Assembly (NCBI GenBank): GCA_965235115.1
Contig: OZ249436.1
Coordinates: 22,260,001-22,324,000 of the forward strand
DNA length: 64,000 nt
From: Laetmonice hystrix
Lineage: Eukaryota
Direction of reading: 5' to 3'
The translations under genes and the position numbers were made by a program. Position 1 is the first letter of the stretch. Each line of letters opens with the position of its first letter. The notes below the pieces were generated by a model. That model was given only the letters and a program-made list of their open reading frames with translations, did not search any database and was not told the origin of the DNA. Below, piece by piece: positions 25,638 to 39,995 of the stretch.

Positions 25638-26642
25638 TAGTTATACCTGTATAATTTTACATCTTTCTCCCGTCTTGTTCCAACAAAATCTTTCCACAAG
25701 TACCGGGTGGGGGGGGGGGGGGCGGGCTGGTGACCGTGGCGGGGGGGGGGGGAGGGTGACCGGCGTTGTTTTGACGCCCTCCCGGACTCAAGCTCAGTCC
25801 GTTGAGAAGACGACAGCCCGGTGCCGCTGTCGTCGGGCTGCTTGTATGATGATACATGATTATCTGCGTGGAATGGTTTCCAAGGAAACTCAATCTGTAA
25901 CTTGTTACTGTGACTCTGGGGCCAACCTCGGCCCTGACTCTCATCTGCTTATTTGAAAATTCTTCAACTTGTTATACATTCCTGTCTGCTGACAAGATCT
26001 GTCTTCAGTTTGGCTCCAACTGTGAGACCGCCAGCTCTCTTAGCTTCTCTTAGCCTTGTCAATGGCAGCGATCATTGCTGCAAACATAAACAATAGCAGT
26101 CCAGCTATGTGACCTCTTTGAACTGTATGTTTGAGCAAGCGGGTCCTAATCCATAATATACGCTATGAGTAAATAGGAAGGCTTTCTTCCCTGAACAAAC
26201 TATCCTCGGGCACTTTCCTTCTGTCTGCCCTCTTTGAAAAGTAATCAAATATACGGCAACATATCACCAGTGTAGATAAAAATGTGAATATCTGAGACGG
26301 AAATGTCCTCCGATGTAGGGAGGACGGAGAGGATCTGCCCTCACGTTACTGTGAGAGCACAGGTGGCTGATGTTGGTCGAGGGTTGATCCAGGCTAGGTG
26401 TGGTCGTGTTGACATGGGTCGAGGGGGGAGGGGTCGGTCGTAAACTGTGGTGGTCAGGCGAGTCAAACCACGTGGGTGGTGGCCTCACCGAGGTGACAAG
26501 TAAATATACACCGTCAGAGAATGGCTACAGCTGGACGTCACTGCCTGCCGCACACACGGGGCCGGTGGATGGTAAAGGTTCACGTTATCTGAACTTTTAA
26601 CAAGAAAATGTTGTGCAGTCTGGAGCCAACCTCGGCCAACCT

Positions 26643-27450
26643 CTGGTGACATTCCCTGGTGCACGGACCTCACTCGATCACTTGGTGACATTTCCTGGTG
26701 CACGGACCTCACTCGATCAGCTTGGTGACATTTCCTGGTGCACGGACCTCACTCAGCCTGGTGACATTCCCTGGTGCACGGACCTCGCTAGATCAGCTTG
26801 GTGACATTTCCTGGTGCACGGACCTCACTCGATCAGCTTGGTGACATTTCCTGGTGCACGGACCTCACTCAGCCTGGTGACATTCCCTGGTGCACGGACC
26901 TCGCTAGATCAGCTTGGTGACATTTCCTGGTGCACGGACCTCACTCGATCAGCTTGGTGACATTTCCTGGTGCACGGACCTCACTCAGCCTGGTGACATT
27001 CCCTGGTGCACGGACCTCGCTAGATCAGCTTGGTGACATTTCCTGGTGCACGGAACTCACTCGATCAGCTTGGTGACATTTCCTGGTGCACGGACCTCGC
27101 TAGATCAGCTTGGTGACATTTCCTGGTGCACGGACCTCGCTAGATCAGCTTGGTGACATTCCCTGGTGCACGGAACTCACTCGATCAGCTTGGTGACATT
27201 TCTTGGTGCACGGACCTCACTCAGCCTGGTGACATTCCCTGGTGCACGGACCTCACTAGATCAGCTTGGTGACATTTCCTGGTGCACGGACCTCACTCGA
27301 TCAGCTTGGTGACATTTCTTGGTGCACGGACCTCACTCAGCCTGGTGACATTCCCTGGTGCACGGACCTCACTAGATCAACTTGGTGACATTTCCTGGTG
27401 CACGGACCTCACTCAGCCTGGTGACATTTCCTGGTGCACAGACCTCACTC
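26643..27450. repeat. Minisatellite, 40/36-bp units
   Basis: GGTGACATTTCCTGGTGCACGGACCTCACTCGATCAGCTT; 40+40+36 pattern recurs (116-bp higher-order unit). Confidence 0.96.
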
Positions 27451-28068
27451 ATATTGTAAAGTGTTCTTTTAGGTATAGAAGTTGGTTCTTCAAAATATGA
27501 GAAGCTTGTTTTGTTAATATCATGTTTGACCAATTTAAGATCGTGTGTTTAAAAACAACTTTTAAAAAACAAGCATTATCTGCCTATTAAAACTCTCTCC
27601 CTTGGGGGCCAGAATACTATGAATTCCTGACCCACTTTTGCCGGGGACAGCTCATTTTTGTCAAAACGATACATTTTGGTAAAAGGCCGATCCTTTGTAA
27701 GTATAATGGATCATTTATTGATAATGTGTCAGTGTTATTGATTGGCGACAGTCTCAAGTCGATAGTGTGATATATTGTGGTGGGGCTGACAGACAAATGG
27801 TAGAGTTGGCAGACAAATGGTACACTGAACCCTAGGGGCTGGCGGCGGGTCACGTGGTTGAAACCACTTCATGCCAACCTGCCGGCTCGTTCATTGTGGT
27901 TCATATAAATAACATCGGATTGACATACAATTATTACCAACTTAAAGTAAATGGAAGAATGGACCTGGTCTCCCGACATACGGACTGGAGATCTTGTCTG
28001 AAAACGTGTTGGTTATATCGAACGGTATGTTGAAAGTTGTCAACTCCTTACTTATTGTTATGGATGGC

Positions 28069-28520
28069 AACTGCTAACCCAATGTTACAGATATTGATTT
28101 CTACTGCTATACAGATGTCAACTGCTAACCCAATATTACATATGTCAACTGCTAACCCAATATTACAGATGCCAACTGCTAACCCAATGTTACAGATATC
28201 AACTACTATAACCCAATATTACAGATGTCAACTGCTACCCCAATATTACAGATTACAGATATCAACTGCTAACCCAATATTACAGATGTCAACTGCTAAC
28301 CCAATATTACGGATGTCAACTGCTAACCCCAATATTACAGATGTCAACTGCTAACCCAATATTACGGATGTCAACTGCTAACCCAATATTACGGATGTCA
28401 ACTGCTAACCCAATATTACGGATGTCAACTTATAACCCAATATTACAGATGTCAACTGCTACCCCAATATTACAGATGTCAACTGCTAACCCAATATTCA
28501 CAGATATCAACGGCTAACTC
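28069..28520. repeat. Minisatellite, 27-bp unit, ~16 copies
   Basis: ACTGCTAACCCAATATTACAGATGTCA repeated. Confidence 0.95.
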
Positions 28521-31483
28521 TCGTTATCAAGTAAGGTTTCGTTCGACCAGTATTACAGATGTTAACTGTTACATGAATATCATTGATGTTGTACAGCTGA
28601 CAGACTCAAACAGCTACACCAGTTGAGGGGAGAGACGTAAAACCAGTGGCATTTCAAATTCGCACATTTGTCATTTCAGTTCGATTTTCCCGTAAAAAAT
28701 ATCAATTTTCCTGTACCTAATTGACAACAGCTGCATCAAAGCCCCGCTTCTGATTGTGCGATCAATACTAATAAAGACCTGCATTGTTTAGAGATAGTAC
28801 CTGGCGTCTGTGAGTACAAAAATGTACTCACGCCCCTACACGAAGGGATGAGACGAGGCCCTGTACTCTGTATAGGACGCTGTAATTCAGTCAGTTTTAC
28901 GTTTCATGTTAATCTCCTTATACCATAAAATCAGCTCATTCATGTTTACCCAACAGATTATTGTCCTAGATTTAAAGGAAAGTAAAGTGACTAACAGGCT
29001 TGTTCGCACCCTTCCCCCGCTGAACCGAGGTCAGGTCATGTTTACCGTTAATTATTTGTTAATTCCACAGAATTCCAAAACTACCAACATCTCAATACAA
29101 GCTGCCCAAACTGACCACCTACCAGCAGATCCTCTCGCTACTTTCTACATGTTCCAAGTCCCATGCTAGAACATAATTATTAAGACCCCATTACAATTTG
29201 AACCGATTGAAATAATGAAAGATACATCTTACGCAGGTCCTTTTCTCCCTGCTTTCGGCAAATACTGATTGAAACCATTCCTGTCTCAGTGGCCGGTTTA
29301 CCATGCGTCACTAACTCTGGTGATAATGTATGTAATAGGGGCATATCGGGGCAGGGGGTGGCGGTGTCCGACGGTCTGGACGACCCCCTTAATTAGTTTT
29401 TCTCACAGAGTTTCCTGACCTAACCGTGTTGCCCCCCCCCTCCCAAACGTTTCCAAAATCTTGGATCCCCCATGTTACCTCCTACTGACCTCACCATACC
29501 CTTTGTTCTGCTCCCCTCTTCACTATCAGGAAGGAACAAACCACTTTCTAAAGTCGGCACCTCATAAATATGCTCGTCAATCTCACATTCGCCGAGCTCC
29601 ACTCGACATTAACCTGAAAAGTTGTTCATGTTAGCAGCGCTTTCATGTGGCCTTCTTTCTCGGATTGTGCCACTCTGTCATTACGGAATTCTCTTAATGA
29701 CAATTACTGACTCGATAGAATGTCAAAGGCATGCCCCTCCAGACTCGTGTTTATTATTTACCAATTCTTCAGTTTAAATAGCTTCAATTATCCTATCCTA
29801 TCCTAATAATTTCATGGAAATCCATGACAGAATCTTTGTTTCTGCCAAGACTCGCGCAACTCCCACTTAACACACAATGAACTATGTGAAGTACAGCTTG
29901 ACGCCAAGACTCGATGAATCTGCCATACAACTAGACGTCTACAAACCCTAACACAATTGGCATTTAGAGAGAGGGGGTTAAAATTAAAGTTCCGTCTATT
30001 CCATACAACCGGGCTAGGGATTGTGAGCAGACGTTGAGGAGAACCTGTTGAGTAAAACTGACGACCGACCATGATGGATGGACGAGCTGGTGGTCGCCCT
30101 ATCTTAACGAGTAAACACATACTCGGAGGTCTAGGTTTCATCAGTGTGGCGGTCGGAGCAGCTGGCACCTGGAGTGGATCATTCTCACACAGCCTGGAGG
30201 AGCACAGCCACTGGAGGCGGCGGGTGGGGGTGGGGACTCCTGGCAGCGTTCCCAAGGTACCTCGGCGGTCATGCTTCATTACCAATAGCACTGACCCGTC
30301 GGCGTACATCAAACAATGATTAGCGACCTTTATACGGAGGAGCACGGTGTCCCCGCCGCAGTGCCGCCCGCTCCCCGGCGCTCCCCGGCGCTCCCCGCCC
30401 GCTCCCCCCGGGAGACTTACATAAGCACTCCGTCCCAGCTCCCAGTGCCCACACGGACTGTCTTTGTTTTGGAACCCGTGGCGAGCGAGGTCAGTGCAGA
30501 CCGATGAGCAGTCCTTGATTGCTGCATTATCTTGATTGTTTGTAAACACACTTTGTCAAATGAAAGCTGGATGTTTTAAGGTCCCTCCGTGAGATTCAAA
30601 CACGGTACAATAGTCCCCAGACTGCCGTTCAGATACCCCCTCGTGATGACAAACGTAACAATGTCCAGTGGAGCGAGCACATTTAGTTTTCACGTCGTAT
30701 GACGACTGTACCAGACAGGAGACCATTAGTTTATAATCTAACCATCAAACACCAGACCGAACACATACAAATTAGTCAAAGCAACTGTCGGCGTTATCTG
30801 TTCAGTAACGGCATTCAACCCTGATCGCCACTACTCGGGCATCAGGGTGATAGAAAATACACAAACTGAATCCTATTATTTTTTACCACTTGAAAACCTT
30901 TCACACGCATCCTTCCAATTGTTTATTTTTACCAGGACATCACGAATATGATGGTGTCCTACCCACAGTCTGGACTCACCCTTCTCCAAACCACATCCAA
31001 CAAAGTCCCCCCCCCCAACTGTTACACTGACATAGATCTACGAAAATATCTGCCAATTAGCACTTACGTTACGCATCCCTACTAATGCCGTTAATGTGTG
31101 GGTGGGGCCGCCTGGCCGCCTCTCTAATGGACGCTCAGTGAGTGGGACATCCTGACAGTGGCATGTCAGGCGGCACCAGGTGATACCCTTCAGTCTTCTG
31201 TCTCAGGTGACCATCTCACGGAACGCTCCAGGGGGTCACCATTAGCCCCCCCCTCACAATCTCAGGGCCAGGTGACCACACGTCCACCTGACCGCCCCCC
31301 TAACCTTCATTCCATCGTTTGACTCCTGTCTGAAACCCGCCCTCAGCCATCTGTTTTATATGAATAAATGGGTCACATTTAACCAATCAGAGGCTTACAT
31401 ACAGCTTCATTATATGTCACAGTTTCATCCTCAATCCGCACCATTCCTTGTCTGTGAAATTTAAAAAGAATTCTAGAAGCATC

Positions 31484-34228
31484 CCTCCCTCCGTCCTGGA
31501 TCCCAGACGGTCAGTTACTCAGTAATAGTGTCCTCAGTCCCCGCGGGAAGGTCCTGTCCTTGTGTCCCTATACCCTCACATTGGTCATCCACCCCTCCCC
31601 TGTCCCCACCGTCAGCCTCCCGTCCTGGACCCCAGACGGTGGGTTAGTGTCCTCAGTCCCCGCGGGAAGGTCCTGTCCCTGTGACCCCACCCTCGCACCT
31701 CCCTCCCTCCGTCCTGGACCCCAGACGGTGGGTTAGTGGCCGCCTCCCTCCCTCCGTCCTGGACCCCAGACGGTGGGTTAGTGTCCTCAGGCCTGGGAAG
31801 GTCCGGTCCCCGTGTCCCCACCCTTCACCTCCCTCCCTCCGTCCTGGACCCCAGACGGTGGGTTAGTGTCAGCCTCCCTCCCTCCGTCCTGGACCCCAGA
31901 CGGTGGGTTAGTGTCAGCCTCCTTCCCTCCGTCCTGGACCCCAGACGGTGGGTTAGTGTCAGCCTCCCTCCCTCCGTCCTGGACCCCAGACGGTGGGTTA
32001 GTGTCAGCCTCCCTCCCTCCGTCCTGGACCCCAGACGGTGGGTTAGTGTCAGCCTCCCTCCCTCAGTCCTGGACCCCAGACGGTGGGTTAGTGTCAGCCT
32101 CCCTCCCTCCGTCCTGGACCCCAGAGGGTAGGTTAGTGTCAGCCTCCCTCCGTCCTGGACCCCAGACGGTGGGTTAGTGTCAGCCTCCCTCCCTCCGTCC
32201 TGGACCCCAGACGGTGGGTTAGTGTCAGCCTCCCTCCCTCCGTCCTGGACCCCAGACGGTGGGTTAGTGTCCTCCCTCCCTCCGTCCTGGACCCCAGACG
32301 GTGGGTTAGTGTCCTCCCTCCCTCCGTCCTGGACCCCAGACGGTGGGTTAGTGTCAGCCTCCCTCCCTCCGTCCTGGACCCCAGACGGTGGGTTAGTGTC
32401 ACCCTCCCTCCCTCCGTCCTGGACCCCAGACGGTGGGTTAGTGCCAGCCTCCCTCCGTCCTGGACCCCAGACGGTGGGTTAGTGTCAGCCTCCCTCCCTC
32501 CGTCCTGGACCCCAGACGGTGGGTTAGTGTCAGCCTCCCTCCCTCCGTCCTGGACCCTAGACGGTGGGTTAGTGTCAGCCTCCCTCCCTCCGTCCTGGAC
32601 CCCAGACGGTGGGTTAGTGTCCTCCCTCCCTCCGTCCTGGACCCCAGGCGGTGGGTTAGTGTCCTCCCTCCCTCCGTCCTGGACCCCAGACGGTGGGTTA
32701 GTGTCAGCCTCCCTCCCTCCGTCCTGGACCCCAGACGGTGGGTTAGTGTCAGCCTCCCTCCCTCCGTCCTGGACCCCAGACGGTGGGTTAGTGTCAGCCT
32801 CCCTCCCTCCGTCCTGGACCCCAGACGGTGGGTTAGTGTCAGCCTCCCTCCGTCCTGGACCCCAGACGGTGGGTTAGTGTCCTCCCTCCCTCCGTCCTGG
32901 ACCCCAGACGGTGGGTTAGTGTCAGCCTCCCTCCCTCCGTCCTGGACCCCAGACGGTGGGTTAGTGTCAGCCTCCCTCCCTCCGTCCTGGACCCCAGACG
33001 GTGGGTTAGTGTCAGCCTCCCTCCCTCCGTCCTGGACCCCAGACGGTGGGTTAGTGTCAGCCTCCCTCCGTCCTGGACCCCAGACGGTGGGTTAGTGTCC
33101 TCCCTCCCTCCGTCCTGGACCCCAGACGGTGGGTTAGTGTCAGCCTCCCTCCCTCCGTCCTGGACCCCAGACGGTGGGTTAGTGTCAGCCTCCCTCCCTC
33201 CGTCCTGGACCCCAGACGGTGGGTTAGTGTCAGCCTCCCTCCCTCCGTCCTGGACCCCAGACGGTGGGTTAGTGTCCTCCCTCCCTCCGTCCTGGACCCC
33301 AGACGGTGGGTTAGTGTCCTCCCTCCCTCCGTCCTGGACCCCAGACGGTGGGTTAGTGTCAGCCTCCGTCCCTCCGTCCTGGACCCCAGACGGTGGGTTA
33401 GTGTCCTCCCTCCCTCCGTCCTGGACCCCAGACGGTGGGTTAGTGTCAGCCTCCCTCCCTCCGTCCTGGACCCCAGACGGTGGGTTAGTGTCCTCCCTCC
33501 CTCCGTCCTGGACCCCAGACGGTGGGTTAGTGTCCTCCCTCCCTCCGTCCTGGACCCCAGACGGTGGGTTAGTGTCAGCCTCCGTCCCTCCGTCCTGGAC
33601 CCCAGACGGTGGGTTAGTGTCCTCCCTCCCTCCGTCCTGGACCCCAGACGGTGGGTTAGTGTCAGCCTCCCTCCCTCCGTCCTGGACCCCAGACGGTGGG
33701 TTAGTGTCAGCCTCCGTCCCTCCGTCCTGGACCCCAGACGGTGGGTTAGTGTCAGCCTCCCTCCCTCCGTCCTGGACCCCAGACGGTGGGTTAGTGTCAG
33801 CCTCCGTCCCTCCGTCCTGGACCCCAGACGGTGGGTTAGTGTCCTCCCTCCCTCCGTCCTGGACCCCAGACGGTGGGTTAGTGTCAGCCTCCCTCCCTCC
33901 GTCCTGGACCCCAGACGGTGGGTTAGTGTCAGCCTCCGTCCCTCCGTCCTGGACCCCAGACGGTGGGTTAGTGTCCTCCCTCCCTCCGTCCTGGACCCCA
34001 GACGGTGCGTTAGTGTCAGCCTCCCTCCCTCCGTCCTGGACCCCAGACGGTGGGTTAGTGTCAGCCTCCCTCCCTCCGTCCTGGACCCCAGACGGTGGGT
34101 TAGTGTCAGCCTCCCTCCCTCCGTCCTGGACCCCAGACGGTGGGTTAGTGTCAGCCTCCCTCCCTCTGTCCTGGACCCCAGACGGTGGGTTAGTGTCCTC
34201 AGGCCTGGGAAGGTCCTGTCCCTGTGTC
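31484..34228. repeat. C-rich minisatellite, 45-bp unit (42/41-bp variants), ~55 copies
   Basis: CCTCCCTCCCTCCGTCCTGGACCCCAGACGGTGGGTTAGTGTCAG; longer degenerate units at both edges. Confidence 0.97.
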
Positions 34229-36118
34229 CCCAGCCTTCAGACCCAGACTGTCATTGTCTGATCTCCAACAACTGACACAACCCTCACCCCACCGGGCCGG
34301 GCACGTGTTGTAGGGTGAGAGGTTTGCCACTCTGGCTGTGTATACTTTGTCTGCCACCAAACCATTCCATTTGGTTGTAACCACAAGCTCTTGTTGACTG
34401 GGAAGAAGGAAAACGCGACTCCATGTTGAAAGTTAGAATCCCAAACATTTTGATGCATGAAGAATTCGGTTTCATGCCGACAGCTCTAAGCCTGGAGACA
34501 TTGTGGTTGTGTTTACAAAGTTAGCGATCAAACAAGTCTTTCAGCCTCCAAACTACATGCCAGACCGGTTCCTTTGTACTGAGAAACAGATCCCGTTCTA
34601 CTCAGTTCAGCTAGTCTCTCGTCCGTCTGAGCTCGTATCGGACAGGTAGAAAAGAACAATGTTCTTTGTCTTGTCTTAATGCATCCTGGGCGATCTTTTT
34701 CCTTAGTAGATGTGCGAAATATGCAAAGTTTGATATCTGATGAAAAAAAGGTACAAATATTCTTTCTAGAGATATTCTTGAAATCGAGTTCTGCACTGTA
34801 GTGAAAGCCCTTTGTTAGAACAATGGTACTTGACAAATATCGTAGTCTTTATTTATCGGGGGTTTCTTTCCAGATATTCCATTTAGATTTACTGTGGTTA
34901 TTACATAGTCCTTCAATGGCGAAACCTAATGTTGTATAAAATGATGCTGTAAGACACAGAACAACTGGCGAGTACCACAGATACGTCAAGGAATATAGTA
35001 TTTAGATATGTTGGTTACACTCCCACCTTCTTAAACGATACACACGCAAAGTCACCAGTATAAGTTTGAGGCAAACCCGTTCTCTCCAGGTATAGTTCGC
35101 CATCCTTGGAAATCGTCTGTGAATGTTTGCCGACAGCAATGTCAGGAATTCTCGACAACATTTTAAACTAGGATCAACTTTAACCTGCTGCCTCTACTGG
35201 TCAGAAACAGTATCCATGACAACAAGGACAAGAGTAGACAGTAACATTGGTCGAAACCTTCTCCAACCTGACGCCGCCTCTAACCGCCAACATTGGTGGA
35301 GCAATGTTTGAGTGCTACACCATTGGTGTGCGGGGAGCAAGGGCCATGTTTGACAAGTGTAGCCGACTCACTCTGCGGCCTGTGATTCTGACTGACAAAC
35401 TTGTGGCCAGGCCCAGTGCTAGGGTTTCACCCCATGGGGGCTGGGGTTCTTACCCCTGGAGGTTGGCGGGCAGGGGGCGCCGATAACACGGCTAACCGAT
35501 CCGTGCACTGGTTAGTGTCGGCGGCCGTGTGTCAGGGGCCGACCGGCCGGCCTTGGCAGCAGCTGCCAGTGTTGGTCGATTCCGACATGACATAGCGGGG
35601 TATACACCGAGTGGAGCCTGGAGCACGCCGCCAGCGCTCGGCCCGGCACAGCGTCTATATACTGCCGCCCTCTCCACCCGCACCATTCCAGCGTCTGTCC
35701 TGATAAATGTCTGCCAGTGTGAGAAATATTCCCTCCCACTACACCACACCAATGTCAGCTTTCATTTAGCCATACCCGATAAACAAGTATCTCCATCCTC
35801 CCACCGTCCCTTCCGACACGCCTCCAATCCACATTTTTTCCCTCTCTCTTTTTTCCACGAACATTTAGCAGTCAGACTGAAGACATGCTGCCAAGTGGCA
35901 CATGGCTGGTTTTCTTCAGTTGCACGGTTTCTGACAGGGATCTTGTTGATGCCCAGCTGTCATGTTTTATTTCATTCCCCACATTCAGCAAATATAGATG
36001 TGTGCGTTTGCTCACCGTCGAATACAGCCAACCTGTCGTAGGAACCCCTGTCATAACTTGTCTAAAGATTCCCCGCTCCTCTCGCTGGGCCGAGAGGTCT
36101 GCTGACAACCCCACGTCC

Positions 36119-37361
36119 ATACAAGTGTCTACGAACAGTTCTGATTCTCTCTCTGACTGACAGCAGACGTGTCGTCACTACCATGACACATACCTATACA
36201 TCCAGCCATTCCGTCCTTAACGTCGTCCAAACGACGTCTATACAAGTGTCTACGAACAGTTCTGATTCTCTCTCTGACTGACAGCAGACGTATCGTCACT
36301 ACCATGACATTGTCACATACCTATACATCCAGCCATTCCGTCCTTAACGTCGTCCAAACGACGTCTATACGAGTGTCTACGAACAGTTCTGATTCTCTCT
36401 CTGACTGACAGCAGACGTATCGTCACTACCATGACATTGTCACATACCTATACATCCAGCCATTCCGTCCTTAACGTCGTCCAAACGACGTCTATACGAG
36501 TGTCTACGAACAGTTCTGATTCTCTCTCTGACTGACAGCAGACGTGTCGTCACTACCATGACACATACCTATACATCCAGCCATTCCGTCCTTAACGTCG
36601 TCCAAACGACGTCTATACAATTACAAGTGTCTACGAACAGTTCTGATTCTCTCTCTGACTGACAGCAGACGTATCGTCACTACCATGACATTGTCACATA
36701 CCTATACATCCAGCCATTCCGTCCTTAACGTCGTCCAAACGACGTCTATACGAGTGTCTACGGACTGTTCTGATTCTCTCTCTGACTGACAGCAGACGTA
36801 TCGTCACTACCATGACATTGTCACATACCTATACATCCAGCCATTCCGTCCTTAACGTCGTCCAAACGACGTCTATACGAGTGTCTACGAACAGTTCTGA
36901 TTCTCTCTCTGACTGACAGCAGACGTTTCGTCACTACCATGACACATACCTATACATCCAGCCATTCCGTCCTTAACGTCGTCCAAACGACGTCTATACA
37001 AGTGTCTACGAACAGTTCTGATTCTCTCTCTGACTGACAGCAGACGTATCGTCACTACCATGACATTGTCACATACCTATACATCCAGCCATTCCGTCCT
37101 TAACGTCGTCCAAACGACGTCTATACGAGTGTCTACGGACTGTTCTGATTCTCTCTCTGACTGACAGCAGACGTATCGTCACTACCATGACACATACCTA
37201 TACATCCAGCCATTCCGTCCTTAACGTCGTCCAAACGACGTCTATACGAGTGTCTACGGACTGTTCTGATTCTCTCTCTGACTGACAGCAGACGTATCGT
37301 CACTACCATGACATTGTCACATACCTATACATCCAGCCATTCCGTCCTTAACGTCGTCCAG
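36119..37361. repeat. Tandem repeat, 121/127-bp unit, 10 copies
   Basis: Unit AGTGTCTACGAACAGTTCTGATTCTCTCTCTGACTG...AACGTCGTCCAAACGACGTCTATAC, with or without an internal 6-bp insertion. Confidence 0.96.
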
Positions 37362-37889
37362 ACGTTATGAAGACGTCGTTACAACTTATTATGACGTTTG
37401 TTGATCTGTACACGTACATAATCAATCAACACAAATTTTCTCCGGTGACTGGCAGCAGTAACCAGCCTCATGACATTACTTTATACAAACCTCTCCAATC
37501 AAACCAACTCCCAAACAATTCACTATGTCACAGAGTTGATTCAAGTATTGTTTGTGGGGACTCGGGGCTCTGGTCTGAATGACGGCCTGACGGTATAGAT
37601 ATACCGTACATACTTATAAAACATGACGGTATAGGTATATGCTAATAAAATATGTTGCCCAGTTTCAACCCCCCCCCCCCCAATCATCCACATTAATATG
37701 GACACACGGAGAGTAATTACACATGTGTGTCCAAGTATAGGTCGTTGTCCGCCACGAACATTTCCCGGCCATTTATAATCTGTCATTTGTTAGTCTCCCA
37801 ATATGTACAGTATACGGAAGCACTTGTCCGGAGGACCTATATGAAACAGCCCGCCTTGTTTGAAACCTTACTAAAGAAGTCGTTGATGG

Positions 37890-38592
37890 AAGGTACAAGT
37901 ATCTCGTCCAGCACCAAGTGAAGAGTTGCTTTTTATTTGAACTTCAGTTAACTCCGTCAAACTGGGTGGGAAGGGCGGGAGTTTACACCGTCTATGTTTG
38001 ACGGGAGGTACAAGTATCTCGTCCAGTACCAAGTCATGAAGAGTTTAGTAGAACCTGTTACCTCCGTCAAACGTCCAGTGGTTCGATCAATCTTTGGTTT
38101 GGTCATACCAAACGTTTGGTATGATGGGGCGTGTCACCAGGGCTGGGGTGGGAAGGGCGGGAGTTTACACCGTCTACGTTTGACGGGAGGTACAAGTATC
38201 TCGTCCAGTACCAAGTCATGAAGAGTTTAGTAGAACCGGTTACCTCCGTCAAACGTCCACTGGTTCGATCAATCTTGGTCATACCAAACGTTTGGTATGA
38301 TGGGGCGTGTCACCAGGGCTGGGGTGGGAAGGGCGGGAGTTTACACCGTCTACGTTTGACGGGAGGTACAAGTATCTCGTCCAGCACCAAGTCATGAAGA
38401 GTTTAGTTCAACCAACGAGACTAGACAGGTCTGTCTAGTCTCGTTAGTTGAACCTCTGTTACCTCCGTCAAACGTCCACTGGTTCGATCAATCTTTGGTT
38501 TGGTCATACCAAACGTTTGGTATGATTGAGCGTGCCACCAGGGCTGGGGTGGGAAGGGCGGGAGTTTACACCGTCTACGTTTGACGGGAGGT
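37890..38592. repeat. Tandem repeat, ~182-bp unit with internal inverted repeats, ~3.5 copies
   Basis: GGGTGGGAAGGGCGGGAGTTTACACCGTCT recurs at spacings of 182, 176 and 225 bp. Confidence 0.92.
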
Positions 38593-39995
38593 GTGGGTGT
38601 GTGTGGGAGGGGTGTCTCTACATCCACTGACCTTCATTCAACCACCACTTTAATGACTACCTTTAATGGCCGCCCATCACAGTGGTAACCGCGCCAACAA
38701 TAATTCAAGGAAATCTTAACAGCTTTGATTAGATTAAGTTTCCTAAGCACACAATGCGAGGCACACTGACGCTCTCTTATATAAGACCTAGACTTCCTTC
38801 ATGTCGATGTTATACGGGGCTGCAATATATAAAATATCAATTTCCTTGAGACAGAGTGACAGGGTCAGTTAAGTCGGTGGCCCCGAAAGAATAGCCCCAA
38901 ACTGCGACCATATAAGATTTCGCTGAGGCCTATAGCGGCGAGGGGGTTGATATGAATGCAGCCCCATCTGATACAGAGTGTATGATAACTTCACAGATAA
39001 CCGACAACTCCCGCCGGCCGGATGACGGTCTGTTACAATAATAGTGTTTTCATGGGGTGGCAGCATGTGACACTGAAACCCCTTAACATGAGAGTCATGG
39101 CCAACTAAAGCACTCAGCATTCTGACTGCCACTGCTCAAGGCCAAGCCCCGCCTGGATCCTATGACCTGCCTCTATTTAAAGCCACTGATAAGCTGCCAT
39201 AAAGGAGCATCCTGGTGACTTGTCCCGATTTTCTTCACTGAGTTCTGATGGCAGGCTGGGTTTGGTCACCAACTCTGTGATGTGGTTCTCATTCAAGGAA
39301 AGCACAAAAGATTTGTGACATGATATGGAGATGGCCAACGGACTTCATTATGTTTATAGAAGGCACGGGAGAGATAACCGTGCCTCGCTGGTAATCTTAT
39401 ATAAAGAGAACTCTTATATCGGGTCGGCATTCTACCTCAGCAAACAACGAGCTGAGGATGTGGAGATATTTACACTATTATAAATAATATTACTTGTCAC
39501 AAATAGCTGGCACCCTCGCGCTGCTTGACACTGGCAACCTTTTTACTTAATTAGTCTGTTAATCTCAACGTCCCCAAACACCATTATCCAAATTACAACT
39601 GTTTTACCTGTTTTATTCATGGTAGGATTATATCTCCTTCCTCTGTCTAAAGATTTCCCTTTCCGACCAAAAGAAACCCCAAATACCACACACACTTTGA
39701 GAAATGGTCCCCAGGTGAGAGAAATGGTTTGGCGATGTTTTCGTGACCGACTCCTATGACCATAACGACACGAAGATACAGCGGGTATAACTCTTTGTAG
39801 TGTCATCGTTTCAATGTACTTAAGTTGATTAACTTCACACATATCACTGTATTTTGCGAAGCTTTTCAGAATGTTAATGTGAGCATAAATTGTAAGTTGA
39901 GAATTAACGATGAATCTGGAAGAATCTATATACCATCCTCCTTTTTTTAATAATTCTGATATCTATTAAAATGGAGACTGCCGACTTTACATTTT

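Noticed and set aside
29593..29612. Acceptor-proximal part of a candidate small minus-strand exon (VNVEWSSAN)
   Set aside because: Very short, ambiguous donor and no independent support.
29812..30549. 245-aa minus-strand ORF and similar GC-rich ORFs (620-1126, 18842-19258, 35492-36041)
   Set aside because: No recognisable domains or exon boundaries; overlapping open frames are expected in GC-rich DNA.
33095..34261. 388-aa SWTPDGG repeat ORF resembling WD40/TolB-type motifs
   Set aside because: It is the 45/42-bp satellite; neighbouring 41-bp units break the frame and the unit is too short for a propeller blade.
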